In this document: piece after piece, positions 1 to 10,055 of the stretch
Layout: every line of letters starts with the position of its first letter
Position numbering within the stretch: position 1 is the stretch's first letter
Source of the DNA: Octopus bimaculoides
Taxonomy: Eukaryota
Direction of reading: 5' to 3'
NCBI RefSeq assembly: GCF_001194135.2
Contig: NC_068992.1
Span: 15,811,298 to 15,855,495, forward strand
DNA: 44,198 nt
Translations under genes and position numbers: made by a program
Notes under the pieces: generated by a model
The model's database searches: none
What the model saw: only the letters and a program-made list of their open reading frames with translations
What the model was told of the DNA's origin: nothing

Positions 1-64
1 TATGTATGTATGTATATATATATATTAACAAAGTAAACAACAGGTTGTACGGTACGTCGCATGG

Positions 65-201
65 ATAAATTAAAGGTACGACAGAAAGAACACATGCGGA
101 AAAACAGACGATAACATAACAAACGACAGAAACAAGAGATACACGGATCATGCGCTTTGCTGATTTCCGCTTGTTGTGTCTTTTCTGTCCTACCTTTGAT
201 T

Positions 202-204
<3 letters not shown>
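65..204. repeat. Imperfect inverted repeat (foldback/MITE-like)
   Basis: 65-93 ATAAATTAAAGGTACGACAGAAAGAACAC matches the reverse complement of 176-204, ATAAATCAAAGGTAGGACAGAAAAGACAC. An inner pair, GCGGAAA (96-102) and TTTCCGC (164-170), extends the arms. Confidence 0.7.
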
Positions 205-236
<32 letters not shown>

Positions 237-925
237 CATCCGAAAAATAAAATAAGACGAATAAATACTTTAACACATTTTTAATGATTAGTTACTGTTA
301 TTTCTATACCAACTCTGCTTCCAACATGAGTTTATGTAAAAGTTCGAAATTTCAATTTGGAGTTGTATAAATATATAAATTCCAACTTCTTAACTACCAA
401 CTTCCCAGAACATCGATAACGTGGTTCGTTCCCAGCACATATCTCTCCTACAGGTTTTACACCGCAATAATTTCAATGAAATATTAATGTATCAAGCATA
501 ACTGTAAAGGTGGGCATGCATATATCATGGCCACTGCTCCTCCTTTGCAGACTCAGCAAGTAAAAGATATAGATGCTATTTTACCATTTTCTTCTTCACT
601 TATATATGAATTTACTTTGCCATTTTTAATGCCAGTAAACATAAAATACAACTTAACTATGAGGAAAGCTGTCAGTTTCTTTAAGAATATCACTGATAAA
701 TATCAAGCCACTCATTGATTTATTATTGAGCTGTAACAAGCAAGTGCATCCATTCGAGATAAAATATTCATAATAACTTTTGTTTTTGGCTATTGGTGAA
801 AATTTTGTGTCTGCATAGTTTTATATTTTATGAGTTATGATTTGTTTTTGGTAACTTTTTAGTTAATATAATTTTCTACGGCTTATATAGTACCGTGAAA
901 AAGTCTTCGGTCACTTTAAACTATT

Positions 926-1015
926 GTAAATTAAGTACCAGTTGCGTACTGGAATCAATCTAATCGAGTGGTCCCCTCCATCAAAATTTCGAGCCTTGTG
1001 CCTAGAATAGAAAAA
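926..1015 (+). mobile_element. SINE family A, 3' fragment
   Basis: TAAATTAAGTACCAGTTGCGTACTGG...GCCTTGTGCCTAGAATAGAAAA matches the 3' halves of the copies at 2557-2778, 13836-14053 and 25649-25800. Confidence 0.75.
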
Positions 1016-1674
1016 CAAATGAACTGCGAATGACAATACTTTGACAGCCAAGGGCAGACATTCTCCTGCTCGGCAGAACCCTTATTTAGACCAACAAACA
1101 AAGCAAAGAAAGAGAGGGTGAAAGACAGTAAAACTGCTGTTCGTTTATATTCGGCTGTCAGATAAATTCTTTCGTTGATTTTCATTTTCATTTTTATCTT
1201 TTCTAATGTTATTTGAATCAACGAGTAAAATATTTTTGTCGCTGTGATTTATGGATCTTTCTTTTATATCACTCTGTTCTTCCGATACGAGATTTTGTTT
1301 ATCGTTTTTGAAATTTGGGTACTTTTTTTTACCTCTTTCCAGACATATGACGATGGAGTGCCAACGAATTTATCTGACAATAATATATATGCTGAAAGAT
1401 GAAAGATGAAAGATATATCTACGAGTCGAGAGTAGAAAAGTCGTGAGAGTTTGAATGGTTCAACAATCAATTTTCGTTTGGAATTTCATTTTTGAGCGAA
1501 AAGTATTCATTCATTTGGCAACTAAATTATTCTGCCTTTGTTTTTTTTTGCAACAAACCGACATGGTATTGTCTTTCGAATTGGTAGAAACAATAAATAT
1601 AGATATTCCGAATATTGGTTTGCTGAGAGATTGATGAAATTCTTAGCATGTATCAGAATGCACGACCACACGGG

Positions 1675-1706
<32 letters not shown>

Positions 1707-2014
1707 AAAACATACACATATGTATTCAAATACACACATACGCATACACTCACACACACTTACACATACACACTCACACACACACATACACAGACACAAA
1801 CACACACACACACGTATATATATTTAAAGAGAGAGTGTGTGAGAGAGAGAGGCAATTATGCGGATAAACAAATTAGATATACTAAATATAACAGTTTTGA
1901 TATGAAATACAAAATATGTATATCTATATACATGCAAAACGAGCGAAAGCAAAAAGTGGAGACTTTCAGGCGATGAATATTTAAGTATAGATATATAGAT
2001 ATTTAGGAGAATGT

Positions 2015-2165
2015 ACGAAAAAACAACAACAGACGAGGACAGGTGGTGTAAATAACAAAAGGATGTATTAGTATGACGCTCGGGAATACGGAAAGTCTTT
2101 GACGTTTCGAGCTACGCTCTTCAACAGAAAGAATACGGAGACAAGGAGAAAAACACGGAGAAAAA
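2015..2165 (-). mobile_element. Dispersed non-coding repeat with minimal hammerhead-like motif (copy 1)
   Basis: Aligns by eye with 5040-5167 and 35915-36036 (AACAGACGA.GACAGGTGGTGTAAA...GATGTATTAGT.T.ACGCTCGG...GTCTTTGACGTTTCGAGC..ACGCTCTTC). Confidence 0.75.
2096..2132 (-). ncRNA. Minimal type-I hammerhead ribozyme-like motif (A6U variant)
   Basis: Minus strand reads TCTTT-CTGTTGA-A-GAGC(GTA)GCTC-GAAAC-GTC-AAAGA: a 5-bp helix I, a 4-bp helix II, a GAAAC/GUC junction with an ACGT palindrome, and a core differing from CUGANGA at one position. Confidence 0.6.
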
Positions 2166-2309
2166 AATTTGAATAGTGTTCAGTCAACGGTCAATCATAA
2201 TAATGATATATAGATATATAGATATTTATACTGATAGATCTAACTTACACAAAGTACAAACGACAGAAAATAATGAAAGACTACTGTCTTCTAATCTGAT
2301 ATGATTATC

Positions 2310-2390
2310 GAGGTCGATTCATGTGGATAAAAATTCTAAAAGACGGTGCGCTAGCTTGGTTGGCCGCTGCCTAAAATAAAAGATAAAACG
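2310..2390 (+). mobile_element. Diverged SINE family B 3' tail
   Basis: GGTCGATT...GACGGTGCGCTAGCTTGGTTGGCCGCTGCC..AAAAGATAAAA resembles the family B tail at 9970-10050. Confidence 0.4.
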
Positions 2391-2556
2391 TTATATATAT
2401 ATATATACATGATATATCTTAAGTAGTAGAGTATTGTAAGATAGATAACAGCGTACCTATCTATCAATCTATCTATCTATCAATCAATTTAATTTCCTAT
2501 CTACCTATCATCTATCCATCTATTTACTTTCCTATCTATCATCTTATTTATTTATT

Positions 2557-2778
2557 GCCACAATGGCACAAGGGGCTAAACATAGAGGGGACAAACAAGG
2601 ACAGACAAAGGGATTAAGTCGATTACATCGACATCAGTGCGTAACTGGTACTTAATTTATGGACCCCGAAAGAATGAAAGGCAAAGTCGACCTCGGCGGA
2701 ATTTGAACTCAGAACGTAACGGCAGACGAAATACCGCTCAGCATTTCGCCCGAGGTGCTAACGTCTCTGCCAGCTCGA
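2557..2778 (-). mobile_element. tRNA-derived SINE family A (Octopus OR-like), near full length
   Basis: Minus strand CGAGCTGGCAGAGACGTTAGC (A box)...GAGTTCAAATTCC (B box)...GTCGACTTTGCCTTTCATTCTTTCGGGG; several homologous copies in the window. Confidence 0.85.
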
Positions 2779-3505
2779 CAGCTTCTATCTATCTTTCCTG
2801 TCTATCGTCTATCTATTTGTCTGTCTGTCTGTCTGTCTATCTATATAAACTTCAATTCTTTAATACTTTCAATCTTTAAAATCTTTAAAACATTGAACCT
2901 TTATAATTTCATGTCTCTGAAGGGTCCAAAATTTTTCGAGATCCTTTAAGAATTTTTGAAATTTTATGAATTGTTCCAGAAACTTATTTTTCGGGTATTT
3001 TTTGAGCTTTGTATAGTTTATTAAGCTCAAAAGCAAAAATCACTTTTTCAGAGTTTTTTTTTTACTTATTCACTTTTTCAATTTTTAAAACTTTTTCGCC
3101 TTCTCTTGTTTGATTCTTAAGTACTTTTAACTTTTACTTAACGTAACTTCTTTTGATTTATTCAGTTACAATAAATATTTCATCCCTCTCCTTAACCTTT
3201 CTAAACTTTCCAACAAACGGTGCTGCTCTATTATCTTTCTTTCTATACTGTACCATAACCATGTTGCTTGAAATACGCCAGCACAATTATCTTATGTGGT
3301 GGCAGTGGCAGTGATTGATTTTGGAAGCTATGAAGAGTGCAGTAGTGATGGTCAAGGGTGGGTGGAAATATTAGTCTCTCTTGCTGCAGTGATTATCAAT
3401 TTTTTTGCTTAGTATTCTTCCACTGAAATTATCTCATTTATCATCTGGCACCTGTCAGCTGTAAAATATTGCTCTATTCCATATATATATATATATATAT
3501 ATATA

Positions 3506-3939
3506 NNNNNNNNNNNNNNNNNNNNNNNNNNNNNNNNNNNNNNNNNNNNNNNNNNNNNNNNNNNNNNNNNNNNNNNNNNNNNNNNNNNNNNNNNNNNNNN
3601 NNNNNNNNNNNNNNNNNNNNNNNNNNNNNNNNNNNNNNNNNNNNNNNNNNNNNNNNNNNNNNNNNNNNNNNNNNNNNNNNNNNNNNNNNNNNNNNNNNNN
3701 NNNNNNNNNNNNNNNNNNNNNNNNNNNNNNNNNNNNNNNNNNNNNNNNNNNNNNNNNNNNNNNNNNNNNNNNNNNNNNNNNNNNNNNNNNNNNNNNNNNN
3801 NNNNNNNNNNNNNNNNNNNNNNNNNNNNNNNNNNNNNNNNNNNNNNNNNNNNNNNNNNNNNNNNNNNNNNNNNNNNNNNNNNNNNNNNNNNNNNNNNNNN
3901 NNNNNNNNNNNNNNNNNNNNNNNNNNNNNNNNNNNNNNN
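3506..3939. other. Assembly gap flanked by (TA)n. Other gaps: 5168-5243, 10585-10775, 15446-15654, 22030-22801, 26981-26990, 32692-33460, 36326-36407
   Basis: Runs of N. Most are bordered by TA microsatellite. Confidence 0.98.
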
Positions 3940-3980
3940 ATATATATATATATATAATACACACACGCATATATAAGTTC

Positions 3981-4018
<38 letters not shown>

Positions 4019-4750
4019 GCATACGACCATATCCATAGTTGTACATAGTTGACATTTACTCAGAGACAAACACACACGCAAACACACAGACGCACTCATG
4101 CAGGTGCATATAGGCGCTTGTGCCGATATATGCAATCTCATATATCACTTTGATATTATGCGGACATATTGTTACTATTTACCCAACACGCATACCAACA
4201 CACACACATACACAATATAAATATATGTATGTATATATGTGCGCGCGTGCGTGCGTGCATGAGCACGTGTGTGTAAATAGTGAGAGGGAAAAAGAGAAAG
4301 AGAGATTAAAGTTTTGCATACAGGCCTTCATACACCTTGAAGGCATCGATAAAATAAAATACCAGTCGAGTATTAGGGTCGGTTTACATTGATGTAAATC
4401 ACCACAGATGAGAACGGGGGTGGTATAAAGCAACACAAAAGTACACATCATATAAAGACAAATAACTCTTTATATGAGATCACTGACACTATAATCACTC
4501 GACCCTGTTCACAAATATATTACAATGAATCATCAATGTCACTGATCTTTCGGCCAAAAACGCTAATAGCCTATTATTATCAATAGACGGATAACTAGGC
4601 TACTGTAGCAATAAGAATACATTGTAGAGAAAAACAATTAAGTGCTTGTATTGTATCTAAATCTATGTCAGATGTGATGGCTTTTAATTGCTTACTCTTC
4701 TTGGTCCGCAATTTCGTCTGTATATACACAGAGCTAATATAATACACGTG

Positions 4751-4785
<35 letters not shown>

Positions 4786-5039
4786 AGAAAGTTGGTATGT
4801 GAAAGCACGTGGTTGGATGTATAAAAGATAATAAGAGTGAAAAAACTACAGAAGGCTTGTGTTACATGGTTAAAGTATATATTTAAATTATGTCAGAAAA
4901 ATGTAAGAAAAATGTTAGAAAAATGTTATAAAATCTTTTTGGTATATAAACATTGTATTTTGAGAACTAACCGGTTTCGTGTTGTCTTTTCAAATTTCTC
5001 TACTTCATTGTGTCGTGTTCGTTATATATATATATGGGA

Positions 5040-5167
5040 TAATTTACGAAAAAAACAACAGACGAAGACAGGTGGTGTAAACAAAAAAAATGGATGTATT
5101 AGTTTAACGCTCGGGAATAGAGAAAGTCTTTGACGTTTCGAGCCTACGCTCTTCAACTGAAAGGAAC
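5040..5167 (-). mobile_element. Dispersed hammerhead-like repeat (copy 2), truncated by a gap
   Basis: Homologous to 2015-2135. Minus strand 5163-5128 reads CTTT-CAGTTGA-A-GAGC(GTAG)GCTC-GAAAC-GTC-AAAG. It lies next to (TA)n at 5023-5034. Confidence 0.75.
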
Positions 5168-5243
5168 NNNNNNNNNNNNNNNNNNNNNNNNNNNNNNNNN
5201 NNNNNNNNNNNNNNNNNNNNNNNNNNNNNNNNNNNNNNNNNNN

Positions 5244-5370
<127 letters not shown>

Positions 5371-6417
5371 AAATGTGCACATACATACATTCTGCAGTGC
5401 TATCGAGATGGCGGGAGACTCTTAACGTGGTCGATCAACCTAATGGAAATTACAAATGAATAAAAACAAAAAGCAAATTGGATAACGTGGACTTCGATAA
5501 ATAAATAAATTGGTATACAAATAGTTAGAACATCTTGGCTTATAGACTTCCCCTAAGACATTGTTATTACTTTTTAATAATGAATAGGTCAGCCTTGATT
5601 GACACATGCTATTACCAAAGGTGCTCCACATATGGTTGTCTTCCGTTATGGTGTGTTACGGACCATGTCAAACAACGTATACTTCCGATATGTTGTTACT
5701 CCAAAGAGATCAGCCAGCAATTAATAGCAGGCTGACTGATTCTGTCGAGGGTGACTTTAAGTAGTGTCTATCCGAGACCACATCATTCAACAATTCTTTC
5801 CGACAGGATGTTGTTCCAGAGAGATTCAGATGGTATTCTTACTTGGTTGATTGATTCCATAAACGATTGTCCGTTTCCAATATCAATATTCAGTACTTTG
5901 ATAAGATGAATGTCTGTTTCATTAGATTTTACACGTTATCGGTTAGGTAATCCATAGACATATGTACCCTTAACGTGATTCTCAAGGCTAATCAACATGA
6001 GATGATGTGAAATAAAGCCAGGCCTTTAAGCCTCCCGGATACGTCACGACGTTGTTATCAGTACTGTCTTCACATTCATGGCGCTTGACTTTGTAGTGAT
6101 CCCCTGTCGCATTACTGCATACACTCCCCCATAATACGCACACACACAAACACACACACAAATATACACACAATATACAGACACAGACACACACACACAC
6201 ACATATATATGTAATATGTTTACACACACATAAACACACACACATTGTAGGCAATATGGCGTAGAGTAACGTAGAAAAGGTAGATACCACTAGTGCTCAG
6301 GTCGAATTTGTATCTCGGCATCAGTTTCAGATGCAGAGATGTAACAGCTGCCTAAGTGAAGACTTGCTCTAGGCAATGTACTGATCGTGCGTTGTGTTAG
6401 ACATACATACATACTTC

Positions 6418-6449
<32 letters not shown>

Positions 6450-6504
6450 CACACACACACACACTATACATACATACATATATATATTTGTATATATTTG
6501 GCAT

Positions 6505-6905
6505 TGAGTGTTATACAAATGCCAGAACTGGTCGCCATTTCATCGTGCTAAAAGTACCGTCCACTCCATCTAAATTCAGGACCAGGTACTGCAGTAGTCT
6601 AGGGTTCAAAGACCCACAGGTTTTCAATGCCCAGCCACAAAAATTAAGAAATTTGCATAAGGTGAAAGTAGATGTTTTCAAAAAGTAATTAGAGATCCTT
6701 CTCTCCACAATACCGGATGAACCAACAGCCCGATATGAGGTACAGACGAGGGCTGCAGAATCAAACTCAATTATACATCAAACGTACCAAAAGCCGGGAA
6801 AAAGGCACATACAGGAGTGGTGATGTGAAACGCCCAGACTGAGGAAGTCAGAGAGACCATGGTGGGTGCTCCAGCATGACCCCAGCCGCATGGTTGAAAA
6901 GATAA
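6505..6905 (+). mobile_element. 3' end of a CR1/L2-group LINE (RT C-terminal relic plus 3' UTR)
   Basis: One frame reads RTGRHFIVLKVPSTPSKFRTRYCSSLGFKDPQVFNAQPQKLRNLHKVKVDVFKK*LEILLSTIPDEPTARYEVQTRAAESNSIIHQ. The FKKxLDxxLSTIPDEP...RAAxSNS pattern is typical of CR1-group ORF2 C-termini. There is an in-frame stop at 6686-6688. Confidence 0.7.
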
Positions 6906-7031
6906 TAATATATAATATACATACATATATATATACACACACAAAAGCACACCCACATACTCTCTCCCACTGGACAATGATGCCAAAAAAAACAAACAAA
7001 TTTTTGAAGAACAACTTCCTTCCAAACAATG

Positions 7032-7073
<42 letters not shown>

Positions 7074-7439
7074 GAATGCAGGATACAAATCAGTCAATAG
7101 CAGCCGATGAGGAGTATGTAATTAAATTTGATTGAGAGGTGTGTATTCAACATTGCTGTTTAAGTGTCGGAAATATTGTATAATTAATATTTCAACAGTT
7201 TGTGGCAATAATTTAAAATTCATAGATTCGAAAAAGGGAGAGGAAAGTTTTCTCTTTTCCTTTAGTAGCCAATCCCCCACCAGTTCCTAGCATCCAAGGC
7301 TGTTAGTTATTCCGGTCCACTGGTGTTATCGTACATTGAATCTGTTTCTGACCGCAACTGACTAATCACTGCTTAATTCCAGAGTTGACTGATTGAATAT
7401 CATGATTAGTTTTTCCTGTTTTCTTCATTGTTTTTAATA

Positions 7440-7590
7440 TCAGCAAGAAGGTCGCTTTGCAACCATGTTGTTTCGTGTTCAGTCTCACACCGCGGCATTT
7501 TGGGAAAGTCTTCTATTATAGCCCCCCTGACCAAAAATTTGCGAGTGAATTTGACTGGCGGAAACTGAGTGGAAGCTCGTGGTGTATACA
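7440..7590 (+). mobile_element. Diverged SINE family B, 5' part
   Basis: Colinear with 9630-9795 (CAACCATG..GTTCAGTC.CAC..GGCA..TTGGG.AAGT.CTTCTA.TATAGCC...GGAAACTGA..GAAGCTCGT). Confidence 0.65.
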
Positions 7591-7802
7591 TACATACATG
7601 CAAACATACATACAAATTCACATACACACACACAGACACACGCGTACACACACGCGTACACACACGCGTACACACACACACATAAAGGATAAGATCATTA
7701 TTTAGAATAACGATCATATCAAGTGACCAGCATGGAAAAAATATATATTATCGTATGGGTAATAATTACAATAGATATATTATATTATATTATATTATAT
7801 TA

Positions 7803-7923
7803 TATTATATGTTTCGTGTTAGTTAAATATTGAGGAAACTAAAAGTGTTGATTTAATTTTGATATACGTAATTTAAAAAAAAAATGATATGATCGTTTTT
7901 GCTTTTAATGTTCATTCTAGAAA

Positions 7924-7926
<3 letters not shown>
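7803..7926 (+). repeat. ~124-bp direct repeat, copy 1 (partner at 8549-8673)
   Basis: TATTATATGTTTCGTGTTAGTTAAATATT..GGAAACTAAAAGTGTTGATTTAATTTTGATATACG...GTTCATTCT.GAAACAG occurs twice with only a few differences. Confidence 0.9.
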
Positions 7927-7966
<40 letters not shown>

Positions 7967-8009
7967 TGTGTGCGTGCGTTCGTGCGTGTGTGTATGTCTT
8001 TGAGTTTGA

Positions 8010-8102
8010 GTTTGTTTCTCACCACTGCTTGGCAACCGGTGTTAATTTGTTTACGTCTCCGTAACTTAGCCGTTTGTCAAATGAAAAACGCACCAAACAT
8101 AA

Positions 8103-8135
<33 letters not shown>

Positions 8136-8250
8136 CAACAGTGTACTGGTGTTGATTTGTTCGACTAAACATTCAAAACAGTGCCCCAGTTTGGCCGCAG
8201 TCCAATGACTGAAATAAACAAAAGATAAAAGACTAAATAAAAGATAACAA
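8010..8250 (+). mobile_element. SINE family B, 3' part with internal (CCA)/(ACA) microsatellite
   Basis: GCTTGGCAACCGGTG..GTTTACGTCTCCGTAACTTAGC...GTGCCCCAG..TGGCCGCAGTCCAATGACTGAAA..AAAAGATAAAAGA. Confidence 0.7.
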
Positions 8251-8548
8251 TAAGCATTCTTTTGTCCGTTTATGACAGCATCATTAATACTTCATTGTTC
8301 GGTATTTCAATGAATGATACGCTATTGGAAGAAAATATCAACGACCTGTTCGTAAATTTATGAATATGCTAAGAGAAATGGATAGTCCTTAATACCAAAC
8401 ACTCGTATCATAAAATACAATAAACAAGGCAGAAAGAGAGGTGATCAATCTAAGCCGATGTTGCAGTCTTATTAGTTTACTATAATTTGATAAGATAGCT
8501 TCAAAGAAAGCTGATACATTTTCAATTTCTTTTTATTGTAGTAAATAT

Positions 8549-8673
8549 TATTATATGTTTCGTGTTAGTTAAATATTACGGAAACTAAAAGTGTTGATTT
8601 AATTTTGATATACGTAATTTTTTTAAAAAAATGGTATGATCGTTTTTGCTTTTATTGTTCATTCTCGAAACAG
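8549..8673 (+). repeat. ~124-bp direct repeat, copy 2
   Basis: See 7803-7926. Confidence 0.9.
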
Positions 8674-8882
8674 CAATTCCGAGTAATTTCTTAATTTCTT
8701 TTCTTATTGTCTAATAACAGTTTTATGACTACTAGATAGTGTAATAAAGTTACAATTACACAGATAAATGTAGTTCTTGCTAGCCAGAGAAATGGATACT
8801 TCGACAGAACATATATATACACGTACACACACACACACAGTACAAATAGTAGTAGTAGAATACATAGAGTTGCAACAAAATA

Positions 8883-9262
8883 TGTTGGCACTCCGTCGCT
8901 TACGACGTCGAGGGTTCCAGTTGATCCGATCAACGGAAACAGCTTGCTCGTGAAATTAACGTGCAAGTGGCTGAGCACTCCACAGACACGTGTACCCTTA
9001 GCGTAGTTCTCGGGATATTCAGCGTGACACAGTGTGACAAGGCTGACCCTTTGAATTACAGGCACAACAGAAACAGGAAGTAAGAGTGAGAGAAAGTTGT
9101 GGTGAAGGAGTACAGCAGGGTTCGCCACCATCCCCTGCCGGAGCCTCGTGGAGCTTTAGGTGTTTTCGCTCAATAAACACTCACAACGCCCGGTCTGGGA
9201 ATCGGTACCGTGATCCTATGACCGCGAGTCCGCTGCCCTAACCACTGGGCCATTGCACCTCC
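8883..9262 (-). mobile_element. Full-length tRNA-derived SINE family C with target-site duplication
   Basis: Head GGAGGTGCAA-TGGCCCAGTGG (A box)...GGTACCGATTCC (B-box-like); tail ...GGAACCCTCGACGTCGTAAGCGACGGAGTGCCAACA. Flanked by AGAGT[T/A]GCAACAAAATA at 8866-8882 and 9265-9281 (17-bp TSD, one mismatch). Confidence 0.9.
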
Positions 9263-9615
9263 GCAGAGTAGCAACAAAATATACAACGAAAAGAAAAGAA
9301 TTAACTTCAAGTAAATATACTAGACTGTCACGTCATAGCCTAAATAAATCAGCAGCAGGCAGGTAAATGTCCAGAATCTTGTCCATATAAATAAATATAC
9401 GTATAACGGGCATGATAAGATGAAGAATAATGAGATTAATTAAACCTGTATAGGGGATATAATAAAAGTGATAAATTAAGGATAATATGATAAAATATTA
9501 AACGGACATTACTGATATTGTATCTATACTATAAATTAGATATACATACGATATGAACCCAATCCATCCATAGTAACATTCGTATAAATAAATGGTTTAT
9601 AAATAATAAATAACA

Positions 9616-10055
9616 TAGGTGCAGGAGTGGCTGTGTGGTAAGTAGCTTGCTTACGAACCACATGGTTCTGGGTTCAGTCCCACTACGTGGCACCTTGGGC
9701 AAGTGTCTTCTACTATAGCCTCTATAGCCTCGGCCCAACCAAAGCCTTGTGAGTGGATTTGGTAGACGGAAACTGAAAGAAGCTCGTCGTATATATGTAT
9801 GTATGTATATATATATATGTATGTGTGTGTCTGTGTTTGTGTGTCTGTGTTTGTCCCCCCCCCCCAACATCGCTTGACAACCGATGCTGGTGTGTTTACG
9901 TCCCCGTAACTTAGCGGTTCGGCAAAAGTGACCGATAGAATAAGTACTAGGCTTCCACAGAATAAGTCCTGGGGTCGATTTTCTCGACTAAAGGTGGTGC
10001 TCCAGCATGGCCACAGTCAAATGACTGAAACAAGTAAAAGAGTAAAAGAGTAACA
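9616..10055 (+). mobile_element. Full-length tRNA-derived SINE family B with central microsatellite
   Basis: A box TGGCTGTGTGG, B box GGGTTCAGTCCC, central (TA)/(TG) tract, tail GGTGCTCCAGCATGGCCACAGTCAAATGACTGAAAC(AAGTAAAAG)n. Confidence 0.9.

Noticed and set aside
527-718. 63-aa ORF MATAPPLQ...
   Set aside because: No recognisable domain or linked splice structure; the length is within chance.
1343-1402. Possible plus-strand terminal exon TYDDGVPTNLSDNNIYAER* after a strong acceptor
   Set aside because: GA(T/C)GGAGTGCCAAC matches the family C/D SINE tail, the peptide has no recognisable family, and nothing else supports it.
3409-4141. Long ORFs spanning N runs (also at 10540-10935, 15373-15777, 21714-22901, 32453-33662)
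   Set aside because: They are open only because N codons contain no stops.
9190-9262. tRNA genes at SINE heads (also 13836, 25580-25651, 9616)
   Set aside because: They have A and B boxes but no complete cloverleaf or acceptor stem, and continue into SINE bodies.
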